A stretch of 64,000 bases of DNA, from assembly GCA_049523135.1 (NCBI GenBank), contig JBEKNE010000001.1:146095-210094 (forward strand), read 5' to 3'. This document shows, one piece after another, positions 55,065 through 64,000 of the stretch. The translations under genes were made by a program, and so were the position numbers. Origin of the DNA: Candidatus Microgenomates bacterium (GTDB taxonomy: Bacteria > Patescibacteriota > Microgenomatia > UBA8517). The notes beneath the pieces are model-generated. The model saw only the letters and a list, made by a program, of their open reading frames with translations, was not told the DNA's origin and searched no databases. Numbering within the stretch: position 1 is the stretch's first letter; every line of letters starts with the position of its first letter.

Positions 55065-58000
55065 ATGGAACAATTAGCAGATCTAAAAAATTTAACTGAT
55101 TTCAAGAGTCTTCTTATTAAATTAGCCTCTCCGGAGGAGATTCGTGCATGGAGCCGTGGGGAAATTACCAAACCGGAAACAATTAACTATAGAACTCTTA
55201 AACCTGAAAAAGACGGTCTTTTTGACGAAAGAATCTTTGGTCCTACAAAAGATTGGGAGTGTTATTGCGGAAAATACAAAAGAATCAGATATAAAGGAGT
55301 TATTTGTGATAAATGCGGTGTTGAAGTCACACAAAGTAGAGTCAGGCGTGAAAGAATGGGCCATATTACCCTGGCCACTCCGACTGCTCATGTTTGGTTT
55401 TTCAAGGGAGCCCCAAGTAAAATTTCTCTTCTTTTGGGAGTAGCGCCGCGCGGAATTGAGCAGGTGATTTATTTTGCCAGGTACTTGGTGACCGAAGTTG
55501 ATGAAGAAAAGAAAAAGGAAGCATTGAAAAGCATTCAAAAATCAAAAGACGAAAGTCTTGATGAGATTGCAGGAAATTTTAAATCCCGCCATGACGCTCT
55601 GAAGATTGAAGAAAAAGAGGCTAAAGAAAAAGCAACTTCAAAGATAAAAGATAAAGAACAAGCTTCTTTGGCTTTAGCTGAAATAGAATTGAACTTAAGA
55701 AAGAAAGAAACAGCAATAAACGAAGAAGAAAAAACAACAATAAATAGAACAAATGAGCTTTTTGATAATATTACGATAATTGCCAAGAGCCTTCATGCTT
55801 TGAGTATTTTGAGTGAGGAAGAATACGATGAGCTTTATGAATATGGAGCGGCAGATTTCTTTACCGCAAAGATGGGGGCAGATGCAGTTCTTGAAGCAAT
55901 TGAGAAAATTAACTTGGAAGAAATATCCAAATCACTTCGTGAAGAAATCGGCTCAACCAAAGGCGGAAGCTCAAAATATATAAAGATTGTTAAAAGACTG
56001 AAGCTAATAGACGGACTCAGGCGTGCAAAAGTCAATCCTTCATGGATGATCTTGCGCGTTTTACCGGTTCTTCCTCCGGATCTTAGACCTATGGTTCAAC
56101 TTTCAGGCGGACGCTTTGCAACCAGTGACTTAAACGATCTTTATAGAAGAGTTATTAATAGAAACAACCGTCTTAAACATCTTATTAGCCTTGGTGCGCC
56201 CGAAATAATCCTTAGAAATGAAAAAAGAATGCTTCAGGAGGCAGTCGATTCGCTTATTGATGCATCTCAGCGTAAAGCAACCAGAAAATCCCGCGGCAGA
56301 CAGCCCTTGAGATCCCTAAGTGATATGCTTCGCGGAAAGCAGGGACGTTTCAGACAAAACCTTCTTGGTAAGCGTGTCGATTACTCCGGAAGAAGTGTTA
56401 TTATCGTCGGACCTGAGCTTAAACTTACCCAGTGCGGACTTCCGAAAGACATGGCTCTTGAAATGTTTAAGCCGTTTGTATTAAGGGAGATGATTGCAAG
56501 AGGAATTGCACCTAACGTTAAGAGTGCCAAAAATATGCTTGACAGACGCCCTCCCGAAGTTTTTGATATTTTGGAAGAAATTATTAAAGATCATCCTGTA
56601 CTTTTGAACCGTGCGCCGACACTTCATAAACTTTCAATTCAATCTTTCTATCCGGTCCTAATTGAAGGAAGTGCCATCAGACTTCATCCTGCGGTATGCT
56701 CAGGATTTAACGCCGACTTTGACGGAGATCAGATGGCAGTACATGTGCCTTTGAGCGAAAAAGCGGTTGAAGAAGCCAGAACTTTAATGCTTCCTACCAA
56801 TAATTTGCTTAAGCCCAGTGACGGCGGACCGGCTGCAACCCCTTCAAGTAAGGAAATAGCCTTGGGCGCTTTTTACTTAACGTCTGAAGATACAAGACTT
56901 GAAGCTTTTCCGACAATTTTTTCGGATAAAGAAGAGGCAATTTTTGCTTACCAAGCGGGGAAACTTATGATCAGGCAAAAGATGCAAGTAAGGCTCGGTA
57001 AGGAGATAGTTGAAACAACTGTCGGCAGGCTTCTTTTCAATGAAGTTCTTCCGGAAAACTTTGATTTTATTAATGAAGGTGTAACCTCTTCTGTTATTAA
57101 GTCACTTTTTGTAAAGGCATACTCTACCGTTTCGAAAGAAAGAGTGGTTCAGCTTGTGGATGATATTAAGGATCTTGGATTCTTCGGAGGAACAATTTCC
57201 GGAATTTCCTTCGGGGTTTTTGATGCTAAAATCTATCCGGGCAAAGATAAGGTTTTGGAAGAAGCAGACAAGAGGGTTTCCGAAATTGAAGAAAACTTTA
57301 ATCAAGGTCTTATTACGGCAGAAGAGAAAAGACGCTTGACTCAGGAGGTTTGGATTGAAGTATCTGAGGATTTGGCTGATAAAACATGGAACGAGATGGA
57401 ACCGACAAATCCGATTCGTATCGTGATTGATGCCAAGGTTGGTCGTGCTTCCCGAGATCAGGTTAAACAGCTGGCTGCAATCCGTGGACTAGTTGTTGAC
57501 CCGATGGGTAAAATTGTTGAACTTCCTATTAAGAGTAACTTCAGGGAAGGATTAAGTGTTTTTGAATACGTCACTTCTTCCCGTGGTTCCAGAAAAGGTC
57601 TAACAGATACTGCTATCAAGACAGCAGATGCAGGGTACCTTACAAGGAGACTTGTAGATGTTGCTCATGATGTAATTGTCAGGCTGGACGATTGCGGAAC
57701 TAAAGAGGGTTATGAAATTAAAAAAGAGGAAAGACCTCAAGTGTTTGCCGCAAGAATTTTCGGCAGATATGCAACAAAAGATATAGTTGCCCCGAAAGGA
57801 AAGGAAATTTTGGTTCATACAGGGGAAATAATTGATGAGGCAATAGCAAAGAAGATCGATGAGGCAGGTATTACCTCGGTAACAGTAAGGTCCCCCCTTA
57901 CCTGTCAAGCCAGATATGGAATTTGCAAAAAATGCTACGGGTGGGATCTTGGCAGTAAGGGTATGGTTGAAGTCGGAACTCCAGTTGGAGTAATTGCGGC

Positions 58001-58784
58001 TCAGTCAATTGGAGAACCGGGAACTCAGCTTACTCTTCGTACCAAACATGCGGCTGGAGTTGTCGGAGTTGATGTTACCCAAGGTCTTCCAAGAGTTGAA
58101 GAGCTTGTTGAAGCGCGCCTTCCAAAAGTTGTTTCGGCTCTTTCTGAAATTACCGGAAAAGCCCGTATTTCCGAAACAGATGAAGGCTGGAAAGTAACAA
58201 TTACTTCCAAAGGAACTCCTAAAGAGGAAAAAGAATATATTTTGCCCAAGACTTTGGAATTGGCAGTTGAAGACGGACAAACTGTCGAAGCGGGAACGGC
58301 TTTGGCAAAAGGGGCACTCGATATTAAAGACATCCTTTCAATTAAGGGTGTTAGAGCGGCCCAGGAATACATGGTTAACGAGATTCAAAAAGTTTATGAA
58401 TCTCAGGGAATTCCGATTAACGATAGGCACATAGAAGTAATTGTCAGAAAGATGAGTGATGAAGTTAGGATGGTGACAACAGGGGATACCCCGTTCCTTC
58501 CGGGAGAACTGGCCAGTAGGGCGACTTTTGAAGAGGAAAACGAGAAAGTTTTGGCAGCCGGAGGAGAACCTGCCAGTGCACAGCAAGTAATTTTGGGTAT
58601 AACAAGACGTGCTCTTTACACAGACAGCTGGCTTTCCGCCGCATCATTCGAGCAAACGACGGACGTTTTGACTGAGGCTTCACTTCTCGGACGGGAAGAC
58701 AAGCTTACAGGACTTAAAGAAAATGTTATTATCGGAAGGCTAATTCCGGTTACTCCGGAGAGGGCTGCCATGCCGCAAGGCTAA
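55065..58784 (+). CDS. rpoC: DNA-directed RNA polymerase subunit beta'
   Basis: 1239 aa. Zinc-binding [16 protein letters not shown], the NADFDGD catalytic motif, and the trigger loop. Confidence 0.97.
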   Translation: MEQLADLKNLTDFKSLLIKLASPEEIRAWSRGEITKPETINYRTLKPEKDGLFDERIFGPTKDWECYCGKYKRIRYKGVICDKCGVEVTQSRVRRERMGHITLATPTAHVWFFKGAPSKISLLLGVAPRGIEQVIYFARYLVTEVDEEKKKEALKSIQKSKDESLDEIAGNFKSRHDALKIEEKEAKEKATSKIKDKEQASLALAEIELNLRKKETAINEEEKTTINRTNELFDNITIIAKSLHALSILSEEEYDELYEYGAADFFTAKMGADAVLEAIEKINLEEISKSLREEIGSTKGGSSKYIKIVKRLKLIDGLRRAKVNPSWMILRVLPVLPPDLRPMVQLSGGRFATSDLNDLYRRVINRNNRLKHLISLGAPEIILRNEKRMLQEAVDSLIDASQRKATRKSRGRQPLRSLSDMLRGKQGRFRQNLLGKRVDYSGRSVIIVGPELKLTQCGLPKDMALEMFKPFVLREMIARGIAPNVKSAKNMLDRRPPEVFDILEEIIKDHPVLLNRAPTLHKLSIQSFYPVLIEGSAIRLHPAVCSGFNADFDGDQMAVHVPLSEKAVEEARTLMLPTNNLLKPSDGGPAATPSSKEIALGAFYLTSEDTRLEAFPTIFSDKEEAIFAYQAGKLMIRQKMQVRLGKEIVETTVGRLLFNEVLPENFDFINEGVTSSVIKSLFVKAYSTVSKERVVQLVDDIKDLGFFGGTISGISFGVFDAKIYPGKDKVLEEADKRVSEIEENFNQGLITAEEKRRLTQEVWIEVSEDLADKTWNEMEPTNPIRIVIDAKVGRASRDQVKQLAAIRGLVVDPMGKIVELPIKSNFREGLSVFEYVTSSRGSRKGLTDTAIKTADAGYLTRRLVDVAHDVIVRLDDCGTKEGYEIKKEERPQVFAARIFGRYATKDIVAPKGKEILVHTGEIIDEAIAKKIDEAGITSVTVRSPLTCQARYGICKKCYGWDLGSKGMVEVGTPVGVIAAQSIGEPGTQLTLRTKHAAGVVGVDVTQGLPRVEELVEARLPKVVSALSEITGKARISETDEGWKVTITSKGTPKEEKEYILPKTLELAVEDGQTVEAGTALAKGALDIKDILSIKGVRAAQEYMVNEIQKVYESQGIPINDRHIEVIVRKMSDEVRMVTTGDTPFLPGELASRATFEEENEKVLAAGGEPASAQQVILGITRRALYTDSWLSAASFEQTTDVLTEASLLGREDKLTGLKENVIIGRLIPVTPERAAMPQG

Positions 58785-58785
58785 T

Positions 58786-59211
58786 ATGCCAACAATTAAT
58801 CAGCTTACCAGAAAAGGAAGGAAAAGAATTGTCAAAAAGACAAAAACCACGGCTCTTAAAAGATGGTTTAATGCCAAAGACAGAAAGTTTTCCGAAGGTC
58901 ACTCCGCTTTTAAGCGTGGAGTAGTTTTGGCTGTTCGTACAATGACACCTAAAAAGCCTAATTCGGCTCTCCGAAAAGTTGCCAGAGTCCGTCTTTCCAA
59001 TAAGCAGGAGATTACTGTTTACATTCCCGGTGAAGGACATGAACTGGCGGAGCATTCTATTGTTTTGGTTCGTGGAGGACGTGTTAAGGATTTGCCGGGA
59101 GTAAAATATCATGTTATTAGGGGAAAATACGACACGACCGGAGTTGCAGGAAGACAAACCGGTAGAAGCAGGTATGGTGCAAAGAAAGGACAAGCAGCAA
59201 AAACTGCGTAA
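58786..59211 (+). CDS. rpsL: 30S ribosomal protein S12
   Basis: [27 protein letters not shown] signature. Confidence 0.95.
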   Translation: MPTINQLTRKGRKRIVKKTKTTALKRWFNAKDRKFSEGHSAFKRGVVLAVRTMTPKKPNSALRKVARVRLSNKQEITVYIPGEGHELAEHSIVLVRGGRVKDLPGVKYHVIRGKYDTTGVAGRQTGRSRYGAKKGQAAKTA

Positions 59212-59216
59212 ATAGT

Positions 59217-59696
59217 ATGGCAAGAAAGGGAGCGTCAAAACCAAGAATTATACAACCTGATCCGATTTACGGAAGCAAACTTGTAACAAAGCTTATTAAC
59301 AGGAGTATGTTTGATGGCAAGAAATCAATAGCAATGACTGGAGTTTATGAAGCTTTTGAGATAATTAAAGAGAAAACCGGTAGCGATCCTTTAAAAGTTT
59401 TTAATCAGGCTCTTGAAAATATTAAGCCGGCAATGGAAGTTAGGGCCAGAAGAATCGGAGGAGCGGCATACCAAGTTCCGGCTCCTGTCAGAGGACCAAG
59501 GCGCGAATCCTTGGCAATCAGATGGCTTATTGCGGCGGCAAACTCAAGATCCAATTCCGATTTTCATACCTATGGCGGAAAATTAGCGGCAGAAATAATG
59601 GATGCGGCAAAAGGTGAAGGGGCAGCTGTTAAAAAGAGAACCGATATGGAAAGGGTGGCAGAAGCGAATAAGGCTTTCAGTCATTTTAGATGGTAG
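59217..59696 (+). CDS. rpsG: 30S ribosomal protein S7
   Basis: S7 signature (EVRARRIGGAAYQVP). Confidence 0.95.
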   Translation: MARKGASKPRIIQPDPIYGSKLVTKLINRSMFDGKKSIAMTGVYEAFEIIKEKTGSDPLKVFNQALENIKPAMEVRARRIGGAAYQVPAPVRGPRRESLAIRWLIAAANSRSNSDFHTYGGKLAAEIMDAAKGEGAAVKKRTDMERVAEANKAFSHFRW

Positions 59697-59714
59697 ATAC
59701 GGCATTTTTTGCTA

Positions 59715-59741
59715 TTGACTTCGTATTTCTTTCGGTATAAA
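59715..59741 (+). promoter_or_regulatory. Putative internal promoter between rpsG and fusA
   Basis: TTGACT (59715-59720), a 15-16 bp spacer, TATAAA(T) at 59736-59742. It sits in an unusually long 190-bp rpsG-fusA spacer. Confidence 0.3.
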
Positions 59742-59888
59742 TTTAGTTAATGCCCAAAAATTCAAAAAGAAATCATTGCTGTATTCTCTGTGTAAAGAAA
59801 CTTGTTTGGGGAGAAAAGTTTTGTTCCATTGAATTATTATGCCCCGTTTGCTAAAATCACATCTGCTTCCTGGAAAGGAAGTTTTTAT

Positions 59889-62060
59889 ATGGCAGAAGTA
59901 GCAAAGAAAAAAGCGGCGATAGTCATGACGGCGACGAAGGATCGCAATGTTTCCTATGAAAAGATCCGTAATATCGGTATTATTGCTCATATCGATGCCG
60001 GCAAAACCACAACTACAGAAAGGCTTCTTTTTGAAACAGGAAGAACATACAAATTAGGATCTGTTGATGAAGGAACAACTGTTACCGACTGGATGGCTCA
60101 GGAGCGTGAGCGCGGAATTACAATTGTTTCAGCGGCAATTACTACTTTTTGGGATATGAAGAAAAATACTTCAGTTGAAGCAGGACATTACCGAATTAAT
60201 ATTATTGATACACCGGGCCACATTGATTTTACTGCAGAAGTTGAGCGTTCCCTGAGAGTTTTGGATGGAGCCTTGATGGTTTTTGACGGCCGCACAGGGG
60301 TTGAATCCCAGTCGGAAACTGTCTGGAGACAGGCTGATAAATATAACGTTCCGAGAATTTGCGTTTTAAATAAATTGAATTTAATTGGCGCCAATTTTGA
60401 AGAGTCTATCAAGTCAATTCGTGATAGGCTCGGAGCCAATGCTGCACCGGTAATAATTCCTATTGGTCTTGAACATGAGCACAGGGGTGTAGTTGACCTT
60501 ATCAAAATGAAAGCCTTTACCTACAAGGATATTGCGGATCACGAGCTGACCGAGGAAGAAATTCCGGCTGAACTTTTGGAGTCTGCCAAGAAATACAGGC
60601 AGGAACTTTTGGAAAGAGTCGCCGAATTTGACGATGAAGCTCTTAATCTCTTCCTCGAAGGTAAAGAAATTGATGAAGTCATTCTAAAACGAGCTATCAG
60701 AAAAGGAGTTATCGCCGGAAAATTCTTCCCGGTTTTCGGAGGAGATAACAGAACTGCAGAAAGCCAGCTTCTTTTGGACGGAATTGTAGAATATTTGCCG
60801 TCCCCTTTGGATCTACCCCCGGTTGAGGGAATTGATCCTAAAACCGGCGAGAAAACCAGTCGCGAAAGAAAGAATGAAGCGCCGTTCAGCGGTCTTGCTT
60901 TCAAAGTTATGACAGATCCTCACGTCGGACGCCTTGTTTATGTCAGAATTTATTCAGGAACTCTTTCTTCGGGGCAAGAAGTTTATAACTCATCCGTACA
61001 GAAACACGAGAGAATTGGAAAGTTGGTTCTTCTCCACGCAGATCAGAGGGAGTTGATCGAGACAGCTTATGCTGGAGAGATTGTGGCTGTTGTTGGTATA
61101 AAAGACACAACTACCGGTAATACAATTTGTGATTCCAGTCACCCAATAGTTTTGGAGTCGATTAATTTCCCTGAGCCTGTTATTTCACTTGCTATTGAAC
61201 CGGCTACAAAAAGCGATCAGGAAAAAATGGGATTGGCACTTTCTAAACTTTCTGATGAAGACCCAACATTTAGAATTAAAAGTAACCCCGAAACAGGCCA
61301 AACTATTATCGCAGGTATGGGTGAGCTTCAGCTTGAGGTTTTGGTTGACAGGATGAAGAGGGAATTTAATGTTTTAGCAACAACAGGAGCCCCTCAGGTT
61401 GCCTACAAAGAAACTATTAAAAAGATTGGGGAAGGCGAAGGCAAATATATTCGTCAAACTGGAGGCCGCGGACAATACGGACACTGTCTTATTAGGCTTG
61501 AACCAATGGGTAGGGGTGAGGGTTTTGAATATAAGAGTGAAATTAAAGGTGGAGCAATTCCGAATGAATATATTCCAGCAATTGAAAAAGGTATTAAAGA
61601 AAAGATGGAAAACGGAGTTATGGCAGGTTTCCCTATGGTTGATATGAAAGCAATAGTTTATGACGGAAGTTACCATGAAGTCGATTCTTCGGAAATTGCC
61701 TTCAAAATTGCAGGTTCAATGGCCTTGGAAGATGCCTTTAAACACTCCGACCCCATTCTTTTGGAACCTATTATGAAAATAGAGGTTTCGACTCCGGATG
61801 AGTTTATGGGGGATGTAATTGGGGACCTTTCCAGCAAGCGCGCTCAGGTTTCGGGGACCGAAAAGAGAGGAATGATGACTGTTATTAATGCCTTGGCTCC
61901 ACTAAGCGAGCTTTCGGGCTACGCAACCAAATTGAGATCCTTAACTCAAGGCCGCGCCAGCTACTATATGGAGCCTTCCCACTATGAAGAAGTTCCGAAG
62001 AACATAAGTGATACAGTTGTTGCTAAAGCCGGCAAGGTTGAAATGCATAGGGGAAACTAG
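59889..62060 (+). CDS. fusA: Elongation factor G
   Basis: AHIDAGKTT, DTPGH and NKLN G-motifs with EF-G domains II-V. I chose the ATG at 59889 (MAEVAKKK), preceded by a GGAAAGGAAG ribosome-binding site. Confidence 0.95.
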   Translation: MAEVAKKKAAIVMTATKDRNVSYEKIRNIGIIAHIDAGKTTTTERLLFETGRTYKLGSVDEGTTVTDWMAQERERGITIVSAAITTFWDMKKNTSVEAGHYRINIIDTPGHIDFTAEVERSLRVLDGALMVFDGRTGVESQSETVWRQADKYNVPRICVLNKLNLIGANFEESIKSIRDRLGANAAPVIIPIGLEHEHRGVVDLIKMKAFTYKDIADHELTEEEIPAELLESAKKYRQELLERVAEFDDEALNLFLEGKEIDEVILKRAIRKGVIAGKFFPVFGGDNRTAESQLLLDGIVEYLPSPLDLPPVEGIDPKTGEKTSRERKNEAPFSGLAFKVMTDPHVGRLVYVRIYSGTLSSGQEVYNSSVQKHERIGKLVLLHADQRELIETAYAGEIVAVVGIKDTTTGNTICDSSHPIVLESINFPEPVISLAIEPATKSDQEKMGLALSKLSDEDPTFRIKSNPETGQTIIAGMGELQLEVLVDRMKREFNVLATTGAPQVAYKETIKKIGEGEGKYIRQTGGRGQYGHCLIRLEPMGRGEGFEYKSEIKGGAIPNEYIPAIEKGIKEKMENGVMAGFPMVDMKAIVYDGSYHEVDSSEIAFKIAGSMALEDAFKHSDPILLEPIMKIEVSTPDEFMGDVIGDLSSKRAQVSGTEKRGMMTVINALAPLSELSGYATKLRSLTQGRASYYMEPSHYEEVPKNISDTVVAKAGKVEMHRGN

Positions 62061-62075
62061 TTAGTTGGTTGACCC

Positions 62076-62105
62076 TTGACAGCCTTGATTAGCCTCGGAT
62101 ATAAT
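62076..62105 (+). promoter_or_regulatory. Sigma-A type promoter in the fusA-tuf spacer
   Basis: TTGACA (62076-62081), an 18-bp spacer, TATAAT (62100-62105). A GGGCA-GGGT-TGCCC hairpin at 62118-62131 follows, then a T-rich run. Confidence 0.4.
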
Positions 62106-62168
62106 TTGAATACATAAGGGCAGGGTTGCCCTTGTTTCTTTGAAAAAGGACTAGTATAATAGACAACT

Positions 62169-63362
62169 ATGGCAGGAGAAGCTAAACAAAAATACGAAAG
62201 AACTAAACCCCACGTAAATATTGGGACAATTGGTCACGTTGACCACGGTAAGACTACATTAACCTCAGCAATCACTATGGTTTTGGCCAAACAAGGTTTG
62301 GCAAAAGCCGTTAAATACGAAGAAATTGACAGTGCTCCAGAAGAAAAAGAAAGAGGAGTAACCATAAATCTCTCCCATCAGGAATACGAGACAAAGAAAC
62401 GCCACTATGCCCACATTGATGCTCCGGGCCATGCTGATTACATTAAGAATATGATTACCGGTGCAGCCCAGATGGATGGAGCTATCTTGGTTGTTTCGGC
62501 AGCCGATGGTCCAATGCCTCAGACTCGTGAGCACGTAATTTTGGCCAAGCAGGTCAATGTTCCAGCAATCGTAGTTTTCCTTAACAAATGCGACATGGTT
62601 GATGACCCCGAGCTTATCGACCTGGTCGAGGCTGATGTTAGGGAACTTCTTAAGAAATATGGCTATCCGGGAGATGAAGTTCCTGTTATAAGGGGTTCTG
62701 CCTTAAAGGCAGTTGAAGGTGATCCTGAGGCTGAAAAGCAAATTATGGCTTTGATGGATGCTGTTGATAGCTATATTCCGGATCCGGTTCGTGATACCGA
62801 TAAACCCTTCTTAATGCCTATTGAGGATGTATTTACAATCCAAGGAAGAGGAACAGTTGTTACCGGAAGAGTTGAGCGCGGAAAAATTAAAGTTAACGAG
62901 GAAATTGAAATAGTAGGCCTTAAGGCAACTCAAAAAACAGTTGCAACCGGACTTGAAATGTTCAGAAAAACATTGGATGAAGCCATAGCAGGAGACAATA
63001 TTGGAGTACTTTTGAGGGGTGTCGATAAAGACCAAGTTGAGCGCGGTCAGGTTTTGGCCAAGCCGGGTTCTTTAACTCCTCACACCGAATTTGAAGCTGA
63101 AGTTTATATCTTGAGCAAAGAGGAAGGAGGACGCCACACACCGTTTTTCACAGGCTACAAGCCGCAATTCTATATCAAGACAGCCGATATTACGGGTGAA
63201 GCCACTCTTCCTGAAGGAATTGAGATGGTTATGCCCGGAGATAATGCCAAAATGAAAATCAAACTTATTCAGCCGGTAGCTATGGAGGAAGGATTCAGAT
63301 TTGCAATTCGTGAAGGTGGACACACCGTTGGCGATGGTGTTATTACCAAAGTAATCGCTTAA
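62169..63362 (+). CDS. tuf: Elongation factor Tu
   Basis: [15 protein letters not shown] and NKCD G-motifs. 397 aa. Confidence 0.97.
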   Translation: MAGEAKQKYERTKPHVNIGTIGHVDHGKTTLTSAITMVLAKQGLAKAVKYEEIDSAPEEKERGVTINLSHQEYETKKRHYAHIDAPGHADYIKNMITGAAQMDGAILVVSAADGPMPQTREHVILAKQVNVPAIVVFLNKCDMVDDPELIDLVEADVRELLKKYGYPGDEVPVIRGSALKAVEGDPEAEKQIMALMDAVDSYIPDPVRDTDKPFLMPIEDVFTIQGRGTVVTGRVERGKIKVNEEIEIVGLKATQKTVATGLEMFRKTLDEAIAGDNIGVLLRGVDKDQVERGQVLAKPGSLTPHTEFEAEVYILSKEEGGRHTPFFTGYKPQFYIKTADITGEATLPEGIEMVMPGDNAKMKIKLIQPVAMEEGFRFAIREGGHTVGDGVITKVIA

Positions 63363-63377
63363 GGCACATTAACCCTG

Positions 63378-63686
63378 ATGGCAAGCTCAAGACTTAGAGT
63401 AAAACTCAAAAGTTACGATCATAGAGTAGTTGACGAGGCGGCAGCAAAGATAGTCGATACCGCTTTGGCTACTGGTGCAAAAATAGTAGGACCCATTCCT
63501 CTTCCTACAAATCGCACAATGATGGCCATTAAGGAATCTCCATTTACAGATAAAGACGCGCAAGAACATTATGAAGTTTTGGTGCATAAACGCCTTATTG
63601 ATATTATTGATCCAAGTCCACGCACAGTGGACTCACTTGGAAATTTGGATTTGCCAGCTGGTGTTTCGATTGAAATAAAGATGTAA
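63378..63686 (+). CDS. rpsJ: 30S ribosomal protein S10
   Basis: IRVKLKSYDHRVVDEAAAKIVDTALATGA...GPIPLPT signature. 102 aa. Confidence 0.95.
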   Translation: MASSRLRVKLKSYDHRVVDEAAAKIVDTALATGAKIVGPIPLPTNRTMMAIKESPFTDKDAQEHYEVLVHKRLIDIIDPSPRTVDSLGNLDLPAGVSIEIKM

Positions 63687-63699
63687 TTTGCCCTATAGT

Positions 63700-63728
63700 T
63701 TGACTTTTTCTTCATTCTATGCTATAGT
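63700..63728 (+). promoter_or_regulatory. Putative promoter downstream of rpsJ
   Basis: TTGACT (63700-63705), a 17-bp spacer, TATAGT (63723-63728). A GAGG ribosome-binding site lies ~6 nt before the ATG at 63832. Confidence 0.35.
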
Positions 63729-63831
63729 TCTCCAGCCTAAATAAACAATTTTAGGTTTGATATCTTGTTCTTTAAGTTTTTACAAAAAGTAACACCTATT
63801 CTCAAATTCATGCAAAGAAAGATGAGGTCAA

Positions 63832-64000
63832 ATGGACACGTATTGGAAATTGGATTTAAATGCGCAGTATAGTACCGAAATGCTGCCCACCCAGTGCTTG
63901 CTTACCAAATTCGGCCTGACCGATATCAAGTTCATAGAACTACTCGGTTCGGGAGCTGGAGATCAATATATCTTTCAAGGTTTCTTTGATCTCGGCAATG
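63832..64000 (+). CDS. Partial ORF of unknown function running off the window end (not rplC)
   Basis: ATG at 63832 with an RBS. It translates MDTYWKLDLNAQYSTEMLPTQCLLTKFGLTDIKFIELLGSGAGDQYIFQGFFDLGN without a stop. GC is locally higher than in flanking genes. This ORF is not in the supplied track because it is incomplete. Confidence 0.25.
   Translation, partial: MDTYWKLDLNAQYSTEMLPTQCLLTKFGLTDIKFIELLGSGAGDQYIFQGFFDLGN

Overview
This looks like a compact, low-GC (~38-40%) bacterial contig using the standard genetic code (TGA, TAA and TAG all appear as stops). Gene content and architecture resemble a reduced-genome Patescibacteria/CPR-like or Gram-positive-like organism; this is inference from the sequence alone. 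The backbone is housekeeping: metG; rmuC; two UvrD-family helicases; murJ; the hrcA-grpE-dnaK-dnaJ heat-shock operon preceded by a CIRCE operator; nusA-infB; rpsO-pnp; rnj-ftsK; alaS-ruvX-mltG; and the rpoB-rpoC-rpsL-rpsG-fusA-tuf-rpsJ block. Selfish and unusual elements are embedded in it. These are a 5'-truncated reverse transcriptase at the window edge, a free-standing double-motif LAGLIDADG homing endonuclease overlapping the metG start, and a 367-aa intein splitting helicase motif III of a PcrA/UvrD gene. There is also a cell-envelope island: an LCP ligase with GT-C/PMT-like glycosyltransferases, two FemAB-like genes, and PilN/PilO with downstream surface proteins, one carrying a VPVTG-type sorting signal, plus a distant sortase. 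Further oddities are a Lon-derived AAA+ module lacking both the N-terminal and protease domains, flanked by a kinase-like protein and a small metallophosphoesterase; a PNPase with a eukaryote-like RGG tail; a membrane-anchored FtsA/PilM-like protein inserted in the conserved alaS-ruvX-mltG synteny; and a possible foreign ORF after rpsJ where rplC is expected. I found no CRISPR array, rRNA or convincing tRNA.
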